From assembly GCF_009914755.1 (NCBI RefSeq), contig NC_060928.1: a DNA stretch of 64,000 nucleotides; one strand, written 5' to 3'. Shown one piece after another: positions 12,205-26,460 of the stretch. This stretch comes from the human T2T-CHM13v2.0 reference genome, Homo sapiens. The notes under the pieces are model-generated. The model searched no databases. It was not told the origin of the DNA and saw nothing but the letters and a program-made list of their open reading frames with translations. How positions within the stretch are numbered: position 1 is the stretch's first letter; every line of letters starts with the position of its first letter. Made by a program: the position numbers and the translations under genes.

Positions 12205-13124
12205 CCATCCACATTTTATTCTAATCAACAGTTCTGCTGTAAATATAACTCTGGTGTTGAGTCAATACAACACATTAAAAAAAGACAGGCCTGACTCATG
12301 GTATCAAAATGGTAGGACTGTCTTGCAAACCCAGAAGTTTATACATAGGGGCCTGCCAAGTCAAATACAGCCCTTCTGAAGACCACATTAGTTTAAAAAC
12401 TTAGCAATTCAAATATGCCTGTGCATCTGAAGTCATCAAGTTCTAGTTCCCTAACATTGTATATTGTATGTTTTGTGAAATTATATGTATCCTGTGATAG
12501 CAGGAAACTCAAGTAATAATTTATTTGGCAAAGAAAAGTGAAGAGTGAAGATGGGTACATAATTTATGTATGAATTCCTGTATAACCTTTGCATATTTTA
12601 ACACCATATGGAATTACTACAATTTTTTAAAAAAGGCTTAAAAGATTTTAAAAAGCCAACAAATTAAGCCAAGACCACAAATTACTTTTAATGCACTTTT
12701 AAAGACCACTGGAATCACAGCCATTAAAATTTATTTCAATTAGGAATGATACTTTTTAAGCTCAAAAACAACATTTGACCCTTAAGTAGATGATGAAAAT
12801 ATACATAATTTAAAAAAGATATTCTGAATTTAAATGATCACAGAGCTATCAATATGGGGTTTCAAATTGAGACTATCTTAAGCAATTAACCTAAAATGCC
12901 GTGTGCATTTTGTTCAAAGACCTAGCAGGGAAGAGCAATTAGCAATTTGTGAATTATCATTTTATTTATATTTATATTCCAAAAGTAAGCTCATGCCTTG
13001 AATATACTATAGAGTATAAAATAGGAACCTAATTTACTTAAAAACTTTAAAAGTTTTTATCTGTTAAATGATTACTTATGGCCTATAATCAAGTTACTAT
13101 ATATATTTTTTAAAGCAATTTTTG

Positions 13125-13378
13125 GGCCAGGTGCAGTGGCTCAAACCTGTAATCCCAGCTACTCAGGAGGCTGAGGTAGGAGGATTGCTTGGCATTCAAG
13201 ACCAGCTTGGACAACATAGTGAGATCCCCATCTCTTAAAAAATATATTAAAAGCTTGGTAGGCTAAGGCAGGAGAATCACTTGAGCCCAGGAGTTTAAGC
13301 CTGAAGTGAGCTATGATTGGTCACAGCACTCCAGCTTGGGCAACAGAGTGAGACCGCCATCTCAAAAACGAAACAAAA
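13125..13378 (+). mobile_element. AluJ with internal deletions
   Basis: ggccaggtgcagtggctc start, J-type right arm, TSD-like aaagcaatt on both sides. Confidence 0.85.
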
Positions 13379-15039
13379 AGCAATTAGTTTTTATGTCTTC
13401 TTAAGTTTGCTTATTTTCCATCCCAACTAGTATTCATGGCGTATTTATTTGGAGTAAAGTGGTAAAAACTAATCCCGCTCTTATGAAAGCTAGAATATTG
13501 GCTTTTGGAATTCCAGAGAGATTTCGTCTTAATATTTTGCATTTACTAAAATAAACAATAAATTTATCTTTTAAATAATTCAATAAAAAGTAGGACATCC
13601 AATCTGTTGGTCAGAATTTGTTCACTGTGTTGTCCCTGATGAATCTTATAGCAACTGTTTTCCAACTCATCCTTGAACTCATAGTTCATTATGTTAAACA
13701 TTTATTACATCATGTGAAATAGCTACAATGTTGAAACCAAATTAGCAGATATTTATTGACTATCACTATATACAAAGTGCTTTATTTAAATACAATTATT
13801 TTCCCTGTTGGACTTAAAAGCCCAGATTATTTAAGCCACATTATCCCCTTATAAAAGGTAGAAACATCATCCAAACCTTTTAATTTAAAGGAAACCTAAT
13901 TATTAACTGTAAAGAAAATGTAGTTGCAAAACAAGTCAGTAAAAACCTGAATAGGTATGATAATCGTATCCACTATTAAGTTTAAATTTAAGAGATAAAA
14001 TATCTCCTAAATGCCTTTTGAAATCCAAATCACCTTGCTTGTTCAAGCCTTTCCCAGTATCTAGTAAAAATGTGACTCTATTCAGATAGATTTATCCCGT
14101 ATATTATTATTATGATTTTACAAAAGCTAAAGGATTTAGAATTTATAAAACTGTTTTTGCTGCTTTAGGACCCAAACAGGCAATGTTCTAGAAGGGCAGG
14201 TAAGTCATTTATTGAGAATAATTCAACTATTCATAGGATCCATAATGTTTTTTTAAGATTTATTCATCTATTTGTGTATTCATTGATGAAGAATTTTGAA
14301 TACTTCCTATCTAAAATCGTCATTATTTAAAAGCGATTTGTGAAAATATACTATTACTGGGAAGATAGCTATTAGACTATTTATTTTCCATTCATTTTGC
14401 AAGGAAGTGTATCCCTCTGAGCTTGTTTGATTTGGATATGTATCCCTAAAATAAATATTGCTATGATGGCTTCCTGTTTAACGTCAGGCTAGTCAACTGA
14501 CCATAGAAATCCTGCAGTTGTATTAGAAGTTCCTTCACATGGATTCCCATGTAAATGCTTTCATTATTTGGTATGTTAAAACCAACTGCTTCCACCTATA
14601 TTCAAACTTTTATAGCGTTTTGTTCTTACACTTACAAAGAGACTAGAACTACTTTACAAAGATAATACTATTATTTTTAAATAATGATACTATGTCCCAT
14701 TTAGATCAACATTTAACATATGCCACATTAATTTTGAGATGGATATTAAATTAGCTATTCTGGTTTCCTGGTTCTTGGCAAGTTATTTATGACTCTCTTT
14801 TTTCCTTATCTGCAAAATTACATTCCCCCAAATCTATTACCCTTCCTACAGCTGGACCCACATGCTCTGCCTTTCCTGCCATTCTAGGGGATAAGCATGG
14901 CTCTTGCCTCTCTGCTTGTGTACCAGGTCCTGTTCCTCCTTAATTTCTGTGAGCCTTTGCTGATCCCCTGCCTCTTCTGTATAATCACACTTTATTTCAT
15001 CCCCAAAGCATCAATACATGCTGTGATACCTTCCAATCT

Positions 15040-15105
15040 TTTATATATATATGTATGTGTGTGTGTATATTACACGTAATATATATTATATATATTTATT
15101 TATGT
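15040..15105. repeat. TA/TG low-complexity repeat
   Basis: Direct reading. Confidence 0.8.
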
Positions 15106-15129
15106 TTATAAAGAGCCCTCCCTCCACTC

Positions 15130-16935
15130 CACATCCCACCTCAGCTTTGCCCATTTTTCTGCTCCCCCTTTATGGTAGAATTCCCTGTTTTCTCTTTTCT
15201 TCTCCTCCTCATTCTCTGCCTGGGTCTTTTACCTGAACCTCCTTGATTTTTTTAAGCAATATTTCTACAAAATGTTTCAAAACAAATATCTTTCTATACC
15301 TGTCAGTTTGTAGAATTTTAATAAAATCTTACATAATCTTATCTGGATATGTAAATCCCATTTAAGCAAAATTGGAGTCCAGCTATCTATTTACCCATCT
15401 ATGTAACTTTTTACATATTCTTTTTAAGGTATTTGCCAAATTTATTTTACTCTCTCACAGAACTCTCTCTCTGGAACTCACTGCAGTTAGGCTTTCTTCC
15501 CTTCCACTCCACAGAAAAGCACTCTTTAAGGTCACAAATGACCTCTGTCTTGCCACATCCAGCATAAAATTCTCAGTCCTCATTTAACTTGACCTATCAG
15601 CAGCATTTGGCACAGCTGACCATCCCTTCACCATTTTCTTCATTTGGTTTTCAAATCACTACACTGATCTGCTTTGAGCCCTATTTCACTGGCTGCCTTG
15701 TCTGTCTTTGTTGCTTGAGCTGCCTCTGCCTCCTGACCAGGACTCAGTCTTCAGCTCCCTTCTCTCTATTCATACTTATTTTCTGGCAATCTCATCTCTG
15801 AGCTGAAAACTCCCAACATAATATGTCCAGACAATGTTGAGAAAAATGGATTTTTATTTCTCATTGTGATATACAAACAATTAGAAAAGATTTGATAGCA
15901 CCTCTTTTGATTCCATATTCCTCCCCTCACCCTGTCTGCTATCCTTGGAAGCAAATATGATTTTTATATGCTCATTTATTTGACAAATACTTATTGAGAA
16001 ATATGTGCCATCTCTGTACTGTCTTACCTCTAATCTGGGCTTCTGATGGTTTCTGTCCTTTTTTCTGTTTTTCCTGGGCAACCTCATTCATTCCCACTAC
16101 TTGAGGTATATTCTAAACCCTCTCAAATTCATATCTCCAGCCCAGACTTTCTTCACTGAACTGCAAACTCAAAGCTCTGCCTTCTAGGTTTCTTATACCT
16201 GGAACAGACACCTCAAATTCCATATTAAAGTTTAAATGCAATTTGATTACAAATTCAAAAAACACAAACAAACCTTGTTCTTCCTGCCTAAGTCAGAGAT
16301 GAGTCATTCTCAATTCCTCCTCTTTCCCCAGTTCACATGCCTTTCTAAGTACCTCTGTAGCTGGTCACCTTATCTTTATTCCACTTCATCATTTCCTTGC
16401 CTTAACCATTTATTCTCTAAGGATCTCCTGGACTCCATTCTTGGATTCCTCCAATTCTTGCCCTACATTTCTGCCAGCATAATCTATCTAAATTGAAATC
16501 TGAATATTTCACATCCTTGAACAATATCTTTGATGACTCTATCTCCCATGAGGGAGGTTATGGTTGCTTTCATTGTAAGAATAATACCTCTTAACCCTCA
16601 TCAGCTTGTCTGCAAAAGCTCTTATGTTCTGGCCCAACAGAAAGACTTGCAGATCTATGAAGCTGAAATGCTCTTCCAGATCTCTGTCTTGCATGTGTTA
16701 CCACAACTTGAAATGCTTGGCCTTCACCTTGTGTGTCTGGTGAATATGCATTCTTTCATCAAGACTCAGATGAAATTATACTATCTTTGATGCTTCTTAA
16801 GCCCTGATGCCACTCAGATGTACATCCTCTCTCCTCTGTTATCATACCTTGTATAGATCTCTTTATTTATTTCCATGTATCTCATGTCATGTCATTATTT
16901 GTCTGTATGTCTGCCTACTCCACTGGACAGGAAAA
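15130..16935 (+). mobile_element. L2 LINE, fragmented, including an RT remnant
   Basis: 15480-15630 translates (with a frameshift and a stop) to LQLGFLPFHSTE-ALFKVTNDLCLA..FSVLI*LDLSAAFGTADH, the L2/CR1-type RT motif; downstream tatctccagcccagac and cacctcaaattc. Confidence 0.85.
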
Positions 16936-17154
16936 TTTATACAGGAAGAAACCATGTATTATGAAGCTTATAATTTTAGCATTTTTATTTTTATTTCATC
17001 TTTTCTACAGAACAGGGAACAGCTGATGTGCACTATCCTTTTGATGGATATTTTATAAGCTGAAGAAGTTTAGATTATAAGACAAAATTTCTTTTTCTAA
17101 AAGATAATAGTTATTTTTCTAAAATTAGTTACTTCCCACATATACAAGTTTTTC

Positions 17155-18172
<1,018 letters not shown>

Positions 18173-18899
18173 TACAGGATTTGATAGCATCCTCCCATAA
18201 AAGGGTTATAAAAAGTTCCATTCTCTCTAAAATCAGCAAGTGAATATTTCATTTTATATTATGCTGAAATAAGTGGGAGTTACACATTTCAGAAAACAGA
18301 ACAATCCTTTTTCTTATCTAAGCATCTTTAATGTTTCATAGAGCTTGTCATATTTTAAATTATTTCTTATTCTTCCTAAGATTGTCACTTATATTTCAAT
18401 TTTTTTTTTGCAGTATAAGCCTCCCAAATGCAAACTTCTGAATTAAGATTTAACCTATGTTAATTTAGAGGGGAAAATATTTTCTAGCTTTCATCTTCCC
18501 ATCCATCCTACTTGTAAGTGTTATATGACAGTATATAGTTAGCGATGGGGATAACACAGTTAATTTATAGTCCCTTGTGACTCTTTAGACTATTTTTTTC
18601 TTATATTCATAACCAATCTTTCCTGGTAATTAGCTTGTTTTTGTCAATGCTTAACCCACCCAACTTAGTATTATTTGAGAACTTAATTTTCTGCTCCCCA
18701 ACATGGTGTTCAGCATTTGTAGTAGGTTTTAAAAACTAGGTAAATTTATTTGAACATGTGGTAGGGTGGAGTGACATTTGTTATAGTGGCTGTTTGTACT
18801 TTTCTGCACACATTCCCTTGGTTGAGTCTTACAAACCACAAATGAGGTGACTGTGATTTTGCCAGCACTTTAGTTTCTAGTTAAAGAGAGGATTATTCC

Positions 18900-19140
18900 A
18901 GTTTACATAAAAAATGACAAGAATGATTTGTCCAGATGGATTCTGCAAGCTGATAAGATATGGCCAGATGCTTCAGGCCATTATCTGCTGTGTTAGGGAT
19001 TTTGAGAGTCTTCTGTTGACATTTCCATGTATATTCTGATGAAGTGGTTGCTATGTGTTTTTCCATGCTTATGTAAATATTCATCTAAAGATCTTGCCTT
19101 CAAACACTTTAAGCATTTCTCAGTTTTGTTTGGAGGCTTT
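18900..19140 (-). mobile_element. Probable ancient RTE-clade LINE ORF remnant
   Basis: Frameshift-tolerant translation LKVFEGKIFR*IF-ISMEKHI-NHFIR...LK-SGHIL resembles the post-RT motif LxxFExKCLRRILxISWxDHIxN...RLxWxGHILR. Confidence 0.5.
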
Positions 19141-19526
19141 TAGCTTAGTCATTGACTGAATGTTTCATTCATTGATTTACTATTTATTCACCCTGGAACT
19201 ATATTGGTATAACTGTAATTTTCATTATTGTTATTATTATTATTGAGACATTAAACTATTCGCTCCTCAAAGACCCTTTGACCCTTCCTTTAAGCTATCA
19301 TGTGCTTACATAGTTGTGTATAACCTAACCTACCCATTCTACACAACCTTACCTTCAACATCCTAGCTTAAATATAACTTTACTCTTACGAGTGTGCATA
19401 GCTGAATATTTAGCTTAAATAATGTTGTCATCATGCTCATAAATATGTACAACTAAGCATTAAACACCATATAATTTTTACTAATATTCACAATTATTTT
19501 AATTTTGTTCTAGCATTCAAAAGTAA

Positions 19527-19901
<375 letters not shown>

Positions 19902-20999
19902 TAATATACAGTGAGGAAAAGGGGAGTAAAGAGAATTATGTATGTGGTAGAATAACTCATACAACAGATAAAGTCTTGGGAGTTATTAGCTTAAATATGT
20001 CTCATCAGTGATGTATGGTTACCCACCGATCCAGACTCATGCATTTTTATTATAAAACACTTTATTTTGTGTTTTGCAATTTCTTTGTTACAACTCTGAC
20101 TGTTTTAAAGAAAGGGGCTGACATTCTTAGTTATTCTCTAGATTGATGTTAGCAAGCAACTAGCCCTCCCAGTTCAAGCCTATCTTTCTTACCAGTAAAA
20201 TTTCTTGTTTTTGTTGTCTGCATTTCTAGCAAAATTACATCTAATTTTTGTGACAGGAGCTTGTATAATGGGCTATAAAAATAGTTCTCTCCCCTGTCCT
20301 CCCAAGGATATGATATTATGCTTATTCAACTAACAATTTGAGGAAGATTATCTTCCCTCAAATACATGAAGAGGAGCAATGAACAAAGCCATGTGTTTTA
20401 GGCACTAGAATTAAAACTAGTGAAGCCTAGTGCATATCCCATTTATCATGCAGTTTATATCATGAAGGAACTTATCACTGCTACAATTGGCATGTACATT
20501 TGTAAAGTCTAGGACTCACAAGTACGTCTGTAAATGGAAGATCAAATCCAGAGTTCCTGCTGGTATTGCATCATTTGTTTCAATTTGAATGTATAAATCA
20601 ATCACATATTCACAGTCCATAAAGTTGATCAGAGTGCAGCCTGGAGGATAAGGTTTTATGGTTCCAGATATTGTCAGATCTTTCAAGTTTGGTTTGTATT
20701 AAGTCATCCACTGAATGTCATATTTTTAGAAGAATTTTTCTTTCAGTGCCAGTTGCATTCAATTTCTGTATGGGAGAAGAGGCATTCTGACCCTAATTAA
20801 TATATTCAGTGAGTTCCAGAGGTCCTATGTAATATAACATATTTTCATAATAACTTTCAACAACATTAGAAGTCAGGGATTTAAAGTTCTCTCTCATCTT
20901 GTTTACTTCATTTTACAAATTCTTATTATTAGAATGATTTTAGAACTCTAATTTTGGAAGTAATACCTTCTAGGACCAAGACCAAATTTTGCAAAACAG

Positions 21000-21110
21000 A
21001 TGCCTGGCTGTGATCTTGGTCAAATTATGGAATCATGTAAAATCTCAGTTTTCCCATATATAAAATGGGTAATAATAAAACAGCAAAGCCTCCTTACTTG
21101 AGCAGGATTG
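21000..21110 (+). mobile_element. MIR fragment
   Basis: tgtgatcttggtcaaatta..ctcagttttcccatatataaaatggg. Confidence 0.7.
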
Positions 21111-21389
21111 ATACTGGAAGAAAAACCCGTTTAAAATGTATCTACCTCAAATAGCATAAAAATTGTAAAGCAAATTGTAAAAAGTTTGAAAACTCATCTT
21201 AAAAAATTTGAGCTAGACTATATGAAAATGAATTCATTCTAATTCATAGCTAACATTGCAAAAGGTATGTTATTTCTCAGCAGAAATGAGAATGAATCAG
21301 ATATTAATTTTTGCTATATTTTTTGGGATAAAATTATATGATGATATGATAGACAATCTTCACTTGAGACTTAGCTTTTAAAGCAGGAT

Positions 21390-21670
21390 AGAAATCTCTT
21401 AATATTTAAATTATTCTTTGTGAAGAACATATCCTGTCGACAATTTTAATTTTCTCTTTTTCAGTAGTTAGCTACTTTAATCTCTGCCAGATCCTCATTT
21501 GTCAATGCTTCAGCCAGTGATGTGAACAGAATTCCAACATATTTTTTTATCCATTTCATGAATCTCCTTCTTTATCAAGACCTGCAATTGTGCCTTGCTG
21601 TTGGTTTTCACTGTGTTTACTGGATGTTTGATACAATGAAGAAGAAACTGAGGGACAAAAACGTTGGCTC
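21390..21670 (-). mobile_element. Probable Tigger (pogo-family) transposase C-terminal remnant
   Basis: Frameshifted translation FCPQF...IAGLDKE-(GF)HEMDKK-YVGILFTSLAEALTNEDLAEI...NLNIK. Confidence 0.6.
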
Positions 21671-21849
21671 TTGCACTGGGATAGATGCAGGCATTAAGTG
21701 AGAGTGACATATGTTTGAGTAGGAAGCCATTCTACAAGTGGGGAAGTCATTAGTTAATATCTCATGTTATAGTAACTTTTACTTTCCTCTTAACCATGGG
21801 GACCCAGTAAATGATACTAATATAAGGTCTCTGTAACTCACCTAATTAT

Positions 21850-22266
21850 TGATATGGTTTGGATCTGTGTCCCTGCCCAAATCTCATGTCAAATTGTAAT
21901 CCCCAGTGTTGGAGGTGGGGCCTGATGGGAGGTGAGTGGATCATGGGGGTGGATCTTTCAGGAATGGTTTAGCACTGTCTTCTCTGTGCTGTTCTCGTGA
22001 TGGCAAGTGAGTTCTCGTGAGATCTGGTTGTTTAAAAGTGTGTAGCACCTCCCCACCCCAACTTCCTTCTGCTCTGGCCATGTAAGATGTGCCTGCTTCC
22101 CCTTTGCCTTCCACCATGATTGTGAGTTTCCTGAGGCCTCCCCAGAAGCAGATTCTGCCATGCTTCCTGTACAGCCTGCAGAACTGTGAGCCAATTAAAT
22201 GTCTTTCTTTAGAAATTACCCAGGCTCTGGTATTTCATTTTAGCAGTATGAGAGCAAACTAATACA
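21850..22266 (+). mobile_element. MSTA MaLR solo LTR
   Basis: tgatatggtttggatctgtgtccc...aactaataca; TSD attat/agtat. Confidence 0.93.
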
Positions 22267-22271
22267 AGTAT

Positions 22272-22375
22272 ATTACTGAGAAAACTAAATGAGAGAAAAT
22301 ATCTAAGACACTTAGCACAGTGCCTGACATATATTCATTAAACTATACATATTAGTGATGGTTATTACTATCACT
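22272..22375 (+). mobile_element. MIR 3' fragment
   Basis: taaatgaga..cacttagcacagtgcctgacata. Confidence 0.7.
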
Positions 22376-23135
22376 ATTTTACAAACATTCTCTAACAAAG
22401 GCAGTTAACTATAAATGATTAATCTTTGGGGCACTCACTTAGCAGAGTAGACATAACCATCTAGTACTTCACAAACTTTTAGATTCACAGATCACTACAG
22501 TGACCTGAGTCACCTGCTTCATTTATTTAGCTCACCAGACTTTACTGCCAGAAACCAACAGACAAAAAATACTTTTCAAAAACCCAGCCTATTCATGCTG
22601 TAGCCCAACCTACTCATGCTGTTTTTCTCTTTAAAGGGAGGGCATAGAAGGCAGAGATAGTTTAGGATTCTAAGTCAGAGATTGAGAAGGAGAATGGCTT
22701 TGGGCTAAATCAGTGACTGAATGAGGGATCAAGACAGTGTGTCAGCAGCAATTTCTTTTACAGACTTTGCCTCCTTCCTTTCCTCTCCTCTTTCTTTCTG
22801 TTTCAGTTTGTCTGCAGTCCTCGGAGCTAAGATAAACATCAAAAATAAAAGTAAGATTCAATAACAATTTTTATTATAATGACTTTTATTTGAAGTTGTG
22901 GAGAAAAGAGGCAAAAAATGAAGATAATTGGAAAGACAGATAACCCAGGCTGAGAGCACGCAGTGCTCAGATTCTGGATGTGCAATCAAAATGACCTGAT
23001 AACAGATAAATTGAACCTGATATAGGATGGTTATCACTTATTTAGTTTGACCCCCCTTTCTATCCTTACTCTCTCTCCTAACTTTATTTTTAAAATGTGG
23101 GTTATCAGATCAGTAGATATTTTAATTGTCTGGTT

Positions 23136-23290
23136 CAGTGCTTCTCAAAATTAATGTGCGTAAGATTCACCTGGGGATTTTGGTAAAATGCAGGTTCTGA
23201 CTCAGTAGGTCTAAGTCCGTGTTTCTAATAAGCTCCCAGGTGATGTTGATGCTACTGGTCCTGGGCCAAGCACACACTTTGAGGAACCTA
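23136..23290. mobile_element. MER5A hAT MITE
   Basis: cagtgcttctcaaa..tcacctgggga..aaaatgcaggttctgactcagtaggtct..aagctcccaggtgatg..cactttgag. Confidence 0.85.
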
Positions 23291-23719
23291 AGAATCTAGT
23301 ATATTCGCAGGAACGTTCAGTGGGATAAAATTAAAGGCTTTCTTGATGTGTAAAGAGATTAAATGTAGTACAGTTTTCCCTTTACTCCCTTTATCAACAT
23401 TACTTTGCCATATATCAGGAAGGGAAATTAAACTGTTCTTTCTAACACTATTTGGGCTTGTACAACCATGCAAATTACTCTATTTTTGGCCCTTCAAGGA
23501 CATTTCAAAATGGTGATGTTCTACTTTCTTTTCGGGGTGTTAACATTAAGCTGACTCATCCAATTTTGCTTAGACAAAATTGTGAAAGTAAATGGTCTTT
23601 GGTTTTCCTGGTTTCCAGGTTACCTTATGATGTCTTGCCTTTTCTCCTCAATGATGGCTCTACACTTGTTCTAATTAGAGAGCAAAGAAATAATAATAAT
23701 AGTGTAAGACAGAGGGGAA

Positions 23720-23950
23720 TGCAGTATTAAGTTCCTATTATGTGACATATACTGCTGCAAGTGCTGGAGACACAGTGATAAAACAGAAATGTGTCTAACT
23801 GCCTTTTCACTTTAATCCAGTGAGATGCATATTCTTTTCATGATACGAATGAGAACTCTGTGAGGTAAATAACTCAGCAGTGCCACCTGGTAAGTGGCAG
23901 AGCAGAGCTATGAATCCAGTTCTTTTTGAATCCAAAATTCTTGCTAAAGC
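23720..23950 (-). mobile_element. L2 3' end and MIR fragments
   Basis: gtgctggagacacagtgataaaacag; gtaagtggcagagc..tgaatccag. Confidence 0.55.
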
Positions 23951-24234
23951 TCCTGAACTCATTCTGAACAGGAATTTGCCTACCCCCTTACCGCAATAAA
24001 TAACTTAGAGGTTTTGCATTTTTTACCATTCAAAAAATGTTCTATTTCTCTTTCTTATCCTTTCAGAATAAAACTGCTGATGCTTTAGTGACAGGTTTCA
24101 ACATGTTTTGTAAAAAACGATCCAAGGAATTCAAACATAGAGTATTTTCAGATTGCTTTACAATTCAGTTGTTTTTCTCATTTTACTGTGATTTCCTATG
24201 TTTGATATTTTTTAAAAGACAAAGGAAAATCCTA

Positions 24235-25605
24235 CTATACACAGAAATCAATTCAAAGTGGTATTGTAATCTAAATGTGAAAGGTAAAATAATAAAGTTT
24301 ACAAAGATAACCCAGAAAACTATCTTTATATACGTAGACTAGAGAATGCCTTCTTATGCAGGATACAGAAACTACTCATCATAAGGTAAAGTATTGATAA
24401 ATTGAATTATATTACATCTTCTGTTGATAAAAACATAGTATTAAGAAGTAGAAAGTCAAGCCACAAAATAGGAGAAGATATTTTCAACACATAAACCAAA
24501 AAAGGACTCTAGCTGGCATATTGAAAATAAAAGGAATATCAAGAATTAAAAAAATTAGCCAGGCATGGTGGCATGTGCCTGCATTCCAGCTTCAGGAAGC
24601 CAAGGCAGGAGGATAGCTTGAGCCCAAGAATACAAGGCTCTAGTGAACTCTGATGGCACCGCTGCACTCCACCTTGGGTGATAGAGTGAGACCTTGCCTC
24701 AAAAAAAAGAAAAAGAAAAAGAAAAAATACAGCAAATCAGTAAGAAAAAGATAGAAAACATAATAGAAGATGTTGCAAAAGTCTTGAATGGGCACTTCAC
24801 ACACAAAAAAAATATTCATATTGCCAGGAGGCATGTGAAAATGTTCTCAACCTCATTTGTTATCAGGGAAATACAAATTGAATTCACAGTAAGATACCAT
24901 TCCACACCCTCCAGAATGGCTAACATGTAAAAGATTGACAAACCCAAACTCAGGCTATGGTGTGGAGCACCGAGAATTCTCATACATTGATAATGGAAGT
25001 AACAATTGGGATAGAAACTTCGGAAAACTCTTTCACAATAAATATTAAAACTGAACAAATGCACACTGACTCAGCAGTTTTATTCCTAGCTGTATATGTA
25101 ACAGATGGATGAGCAACAGAGTAATGTACATGAATATGCATACTCAAACACTCCTCATAGTCAAAACTGGAACAATCCAAATGTCTATAAACAGAATGAA
25201 TAAATAAATTATGTTTTATTCATTGAAGGACTTACCATTCAGCACTGAACATGAATTAAACAACTACTACATGCAACAATATGCATAAATTTTATAAACA
25301 GTGTGTGCAGCAAAAGAAGTTAGACATAAAGCACACATTGTCTGATTCTGTTTATATGAGGGTCAGAAACAGGCAAAACTGATCTCTAGTTTTAGAAGCC
25401 TGAATGTCACTTTGGATAGGAGTGGGTAGCGGCTGACAGGGCATGAGGCAGACTTCTAAGATGCTGGAAATGTGCTATTTCTTTATGTAGGTGGTGGTTA
25501 CCGGGGTGTGCTCACTTTGTGAAAATTCACTGACTTGTATACTTATGTATGTGCAGACATAACACATATACTTTCCTAGATGTAAGTTATTTTTTTCAAT
25601 AAAAA
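24235..25605 (+). mobile_element. L1M (L1ME-like) ORF2 3' part and 3'UTR
   Basis: KMFSTSFVIREIQIEFTVRYH (ORF2 C-terminus); tgtgctcactttgtgaaaattca; AATAAA end. Confidence 0.85.
24548..24728 (+). mobile_element. Alu right monomer (FRAM or 5'-truncated AluJ)
   Basis: ttagccaggcatggtggc..cttgagccc..gagtgagaccttgcctc followed by A tail. Confidence 0.88.
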
Positions 25606-26214
25606 TACAATATATGAATGGATAAAATTATTTAAAAATCCCTGTTTCAATGCCATCTGTTACTGGGTTTTCTCCCTCTATAGCAAAGAAGCAATAATTT
25701 TCTCGATGTCATTCCTCTGCCTTGCATAACTGAAATCTGTTTTTTAAACACATTTTTATGACACTCATAAAATACATTCCTATTTTTTTTTGTCCCCGGC
25801 GTTTGCATTTTCTACATAAAATCCATTCTGAATTCTTTTTGGAGTTCTAACCTGATCCTGCTTTTTGTCACTTTTCCATTTGCCTTTTATGTTTCAGCAG
25901 AGTTCTGGTAATAATCCCACTTGACCTTAAGACAAATGCATTATCAGACATTAAACAAAGACCAGTCATGCTGGGCCTGATGTGTGACCTCATTCCATCT
26001 AACATTTAAGGAAACAAAGGTCCCCTAAGAATGACGGTACACTAGCTTGCTGAGGATGTGAGGCTTAGGTCTGAACAGATGCCCTTTGAGAAGCAGTCCA
26101 GATGATGGGAGTTTAAAAGAAGCTTATCCTGTCAGCAGGGAAAAACCACTCTGTCATCACAGTGTGTTGCAGATAGCTTCACACACTTTCTATCACCACC
26201 ACCCAGGGTAGCCC

Positions 26215-26460
26215 ATGGCAGCATGTTGGGAATGGTTTGGAAAAGACTTGGGTTCTGGGGTGGCCAGATAAGTATTCAAACTCTAGGTCTTACTAACAGT
26301 GTATTCTGGAACGAGGGATTCAATCTCTTTGAACTTCAGTTGACTTCCCTATAAAAATGGGAATAAAAATAACTACATTACAAAACCTTTGCAAGGATTT
26401 ATATTAAATAGATATATAAATGTCTCTAACATAATACTTAGCACATCTAGATGTTCAAAA
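26215..26460 (+). mobile_element. MIR
   Basis: ttcaaactctag..caatctctttgaacttcagtt..tataaaaatgggaataa. Confidence 0.7.

Noticed and set aside
21510-21710. Protein-like 66-aa ORF as a cellular exon
   Set aside because: Better explained by a frameshifted transposase relic; no convincing splice sites
22807-22850. Pyrimidine tract with AG followed by AAA|gtaaga as an exon
   Set aside because: The acceptor derives from a simple CT-rich tract; expected by chance and no other support
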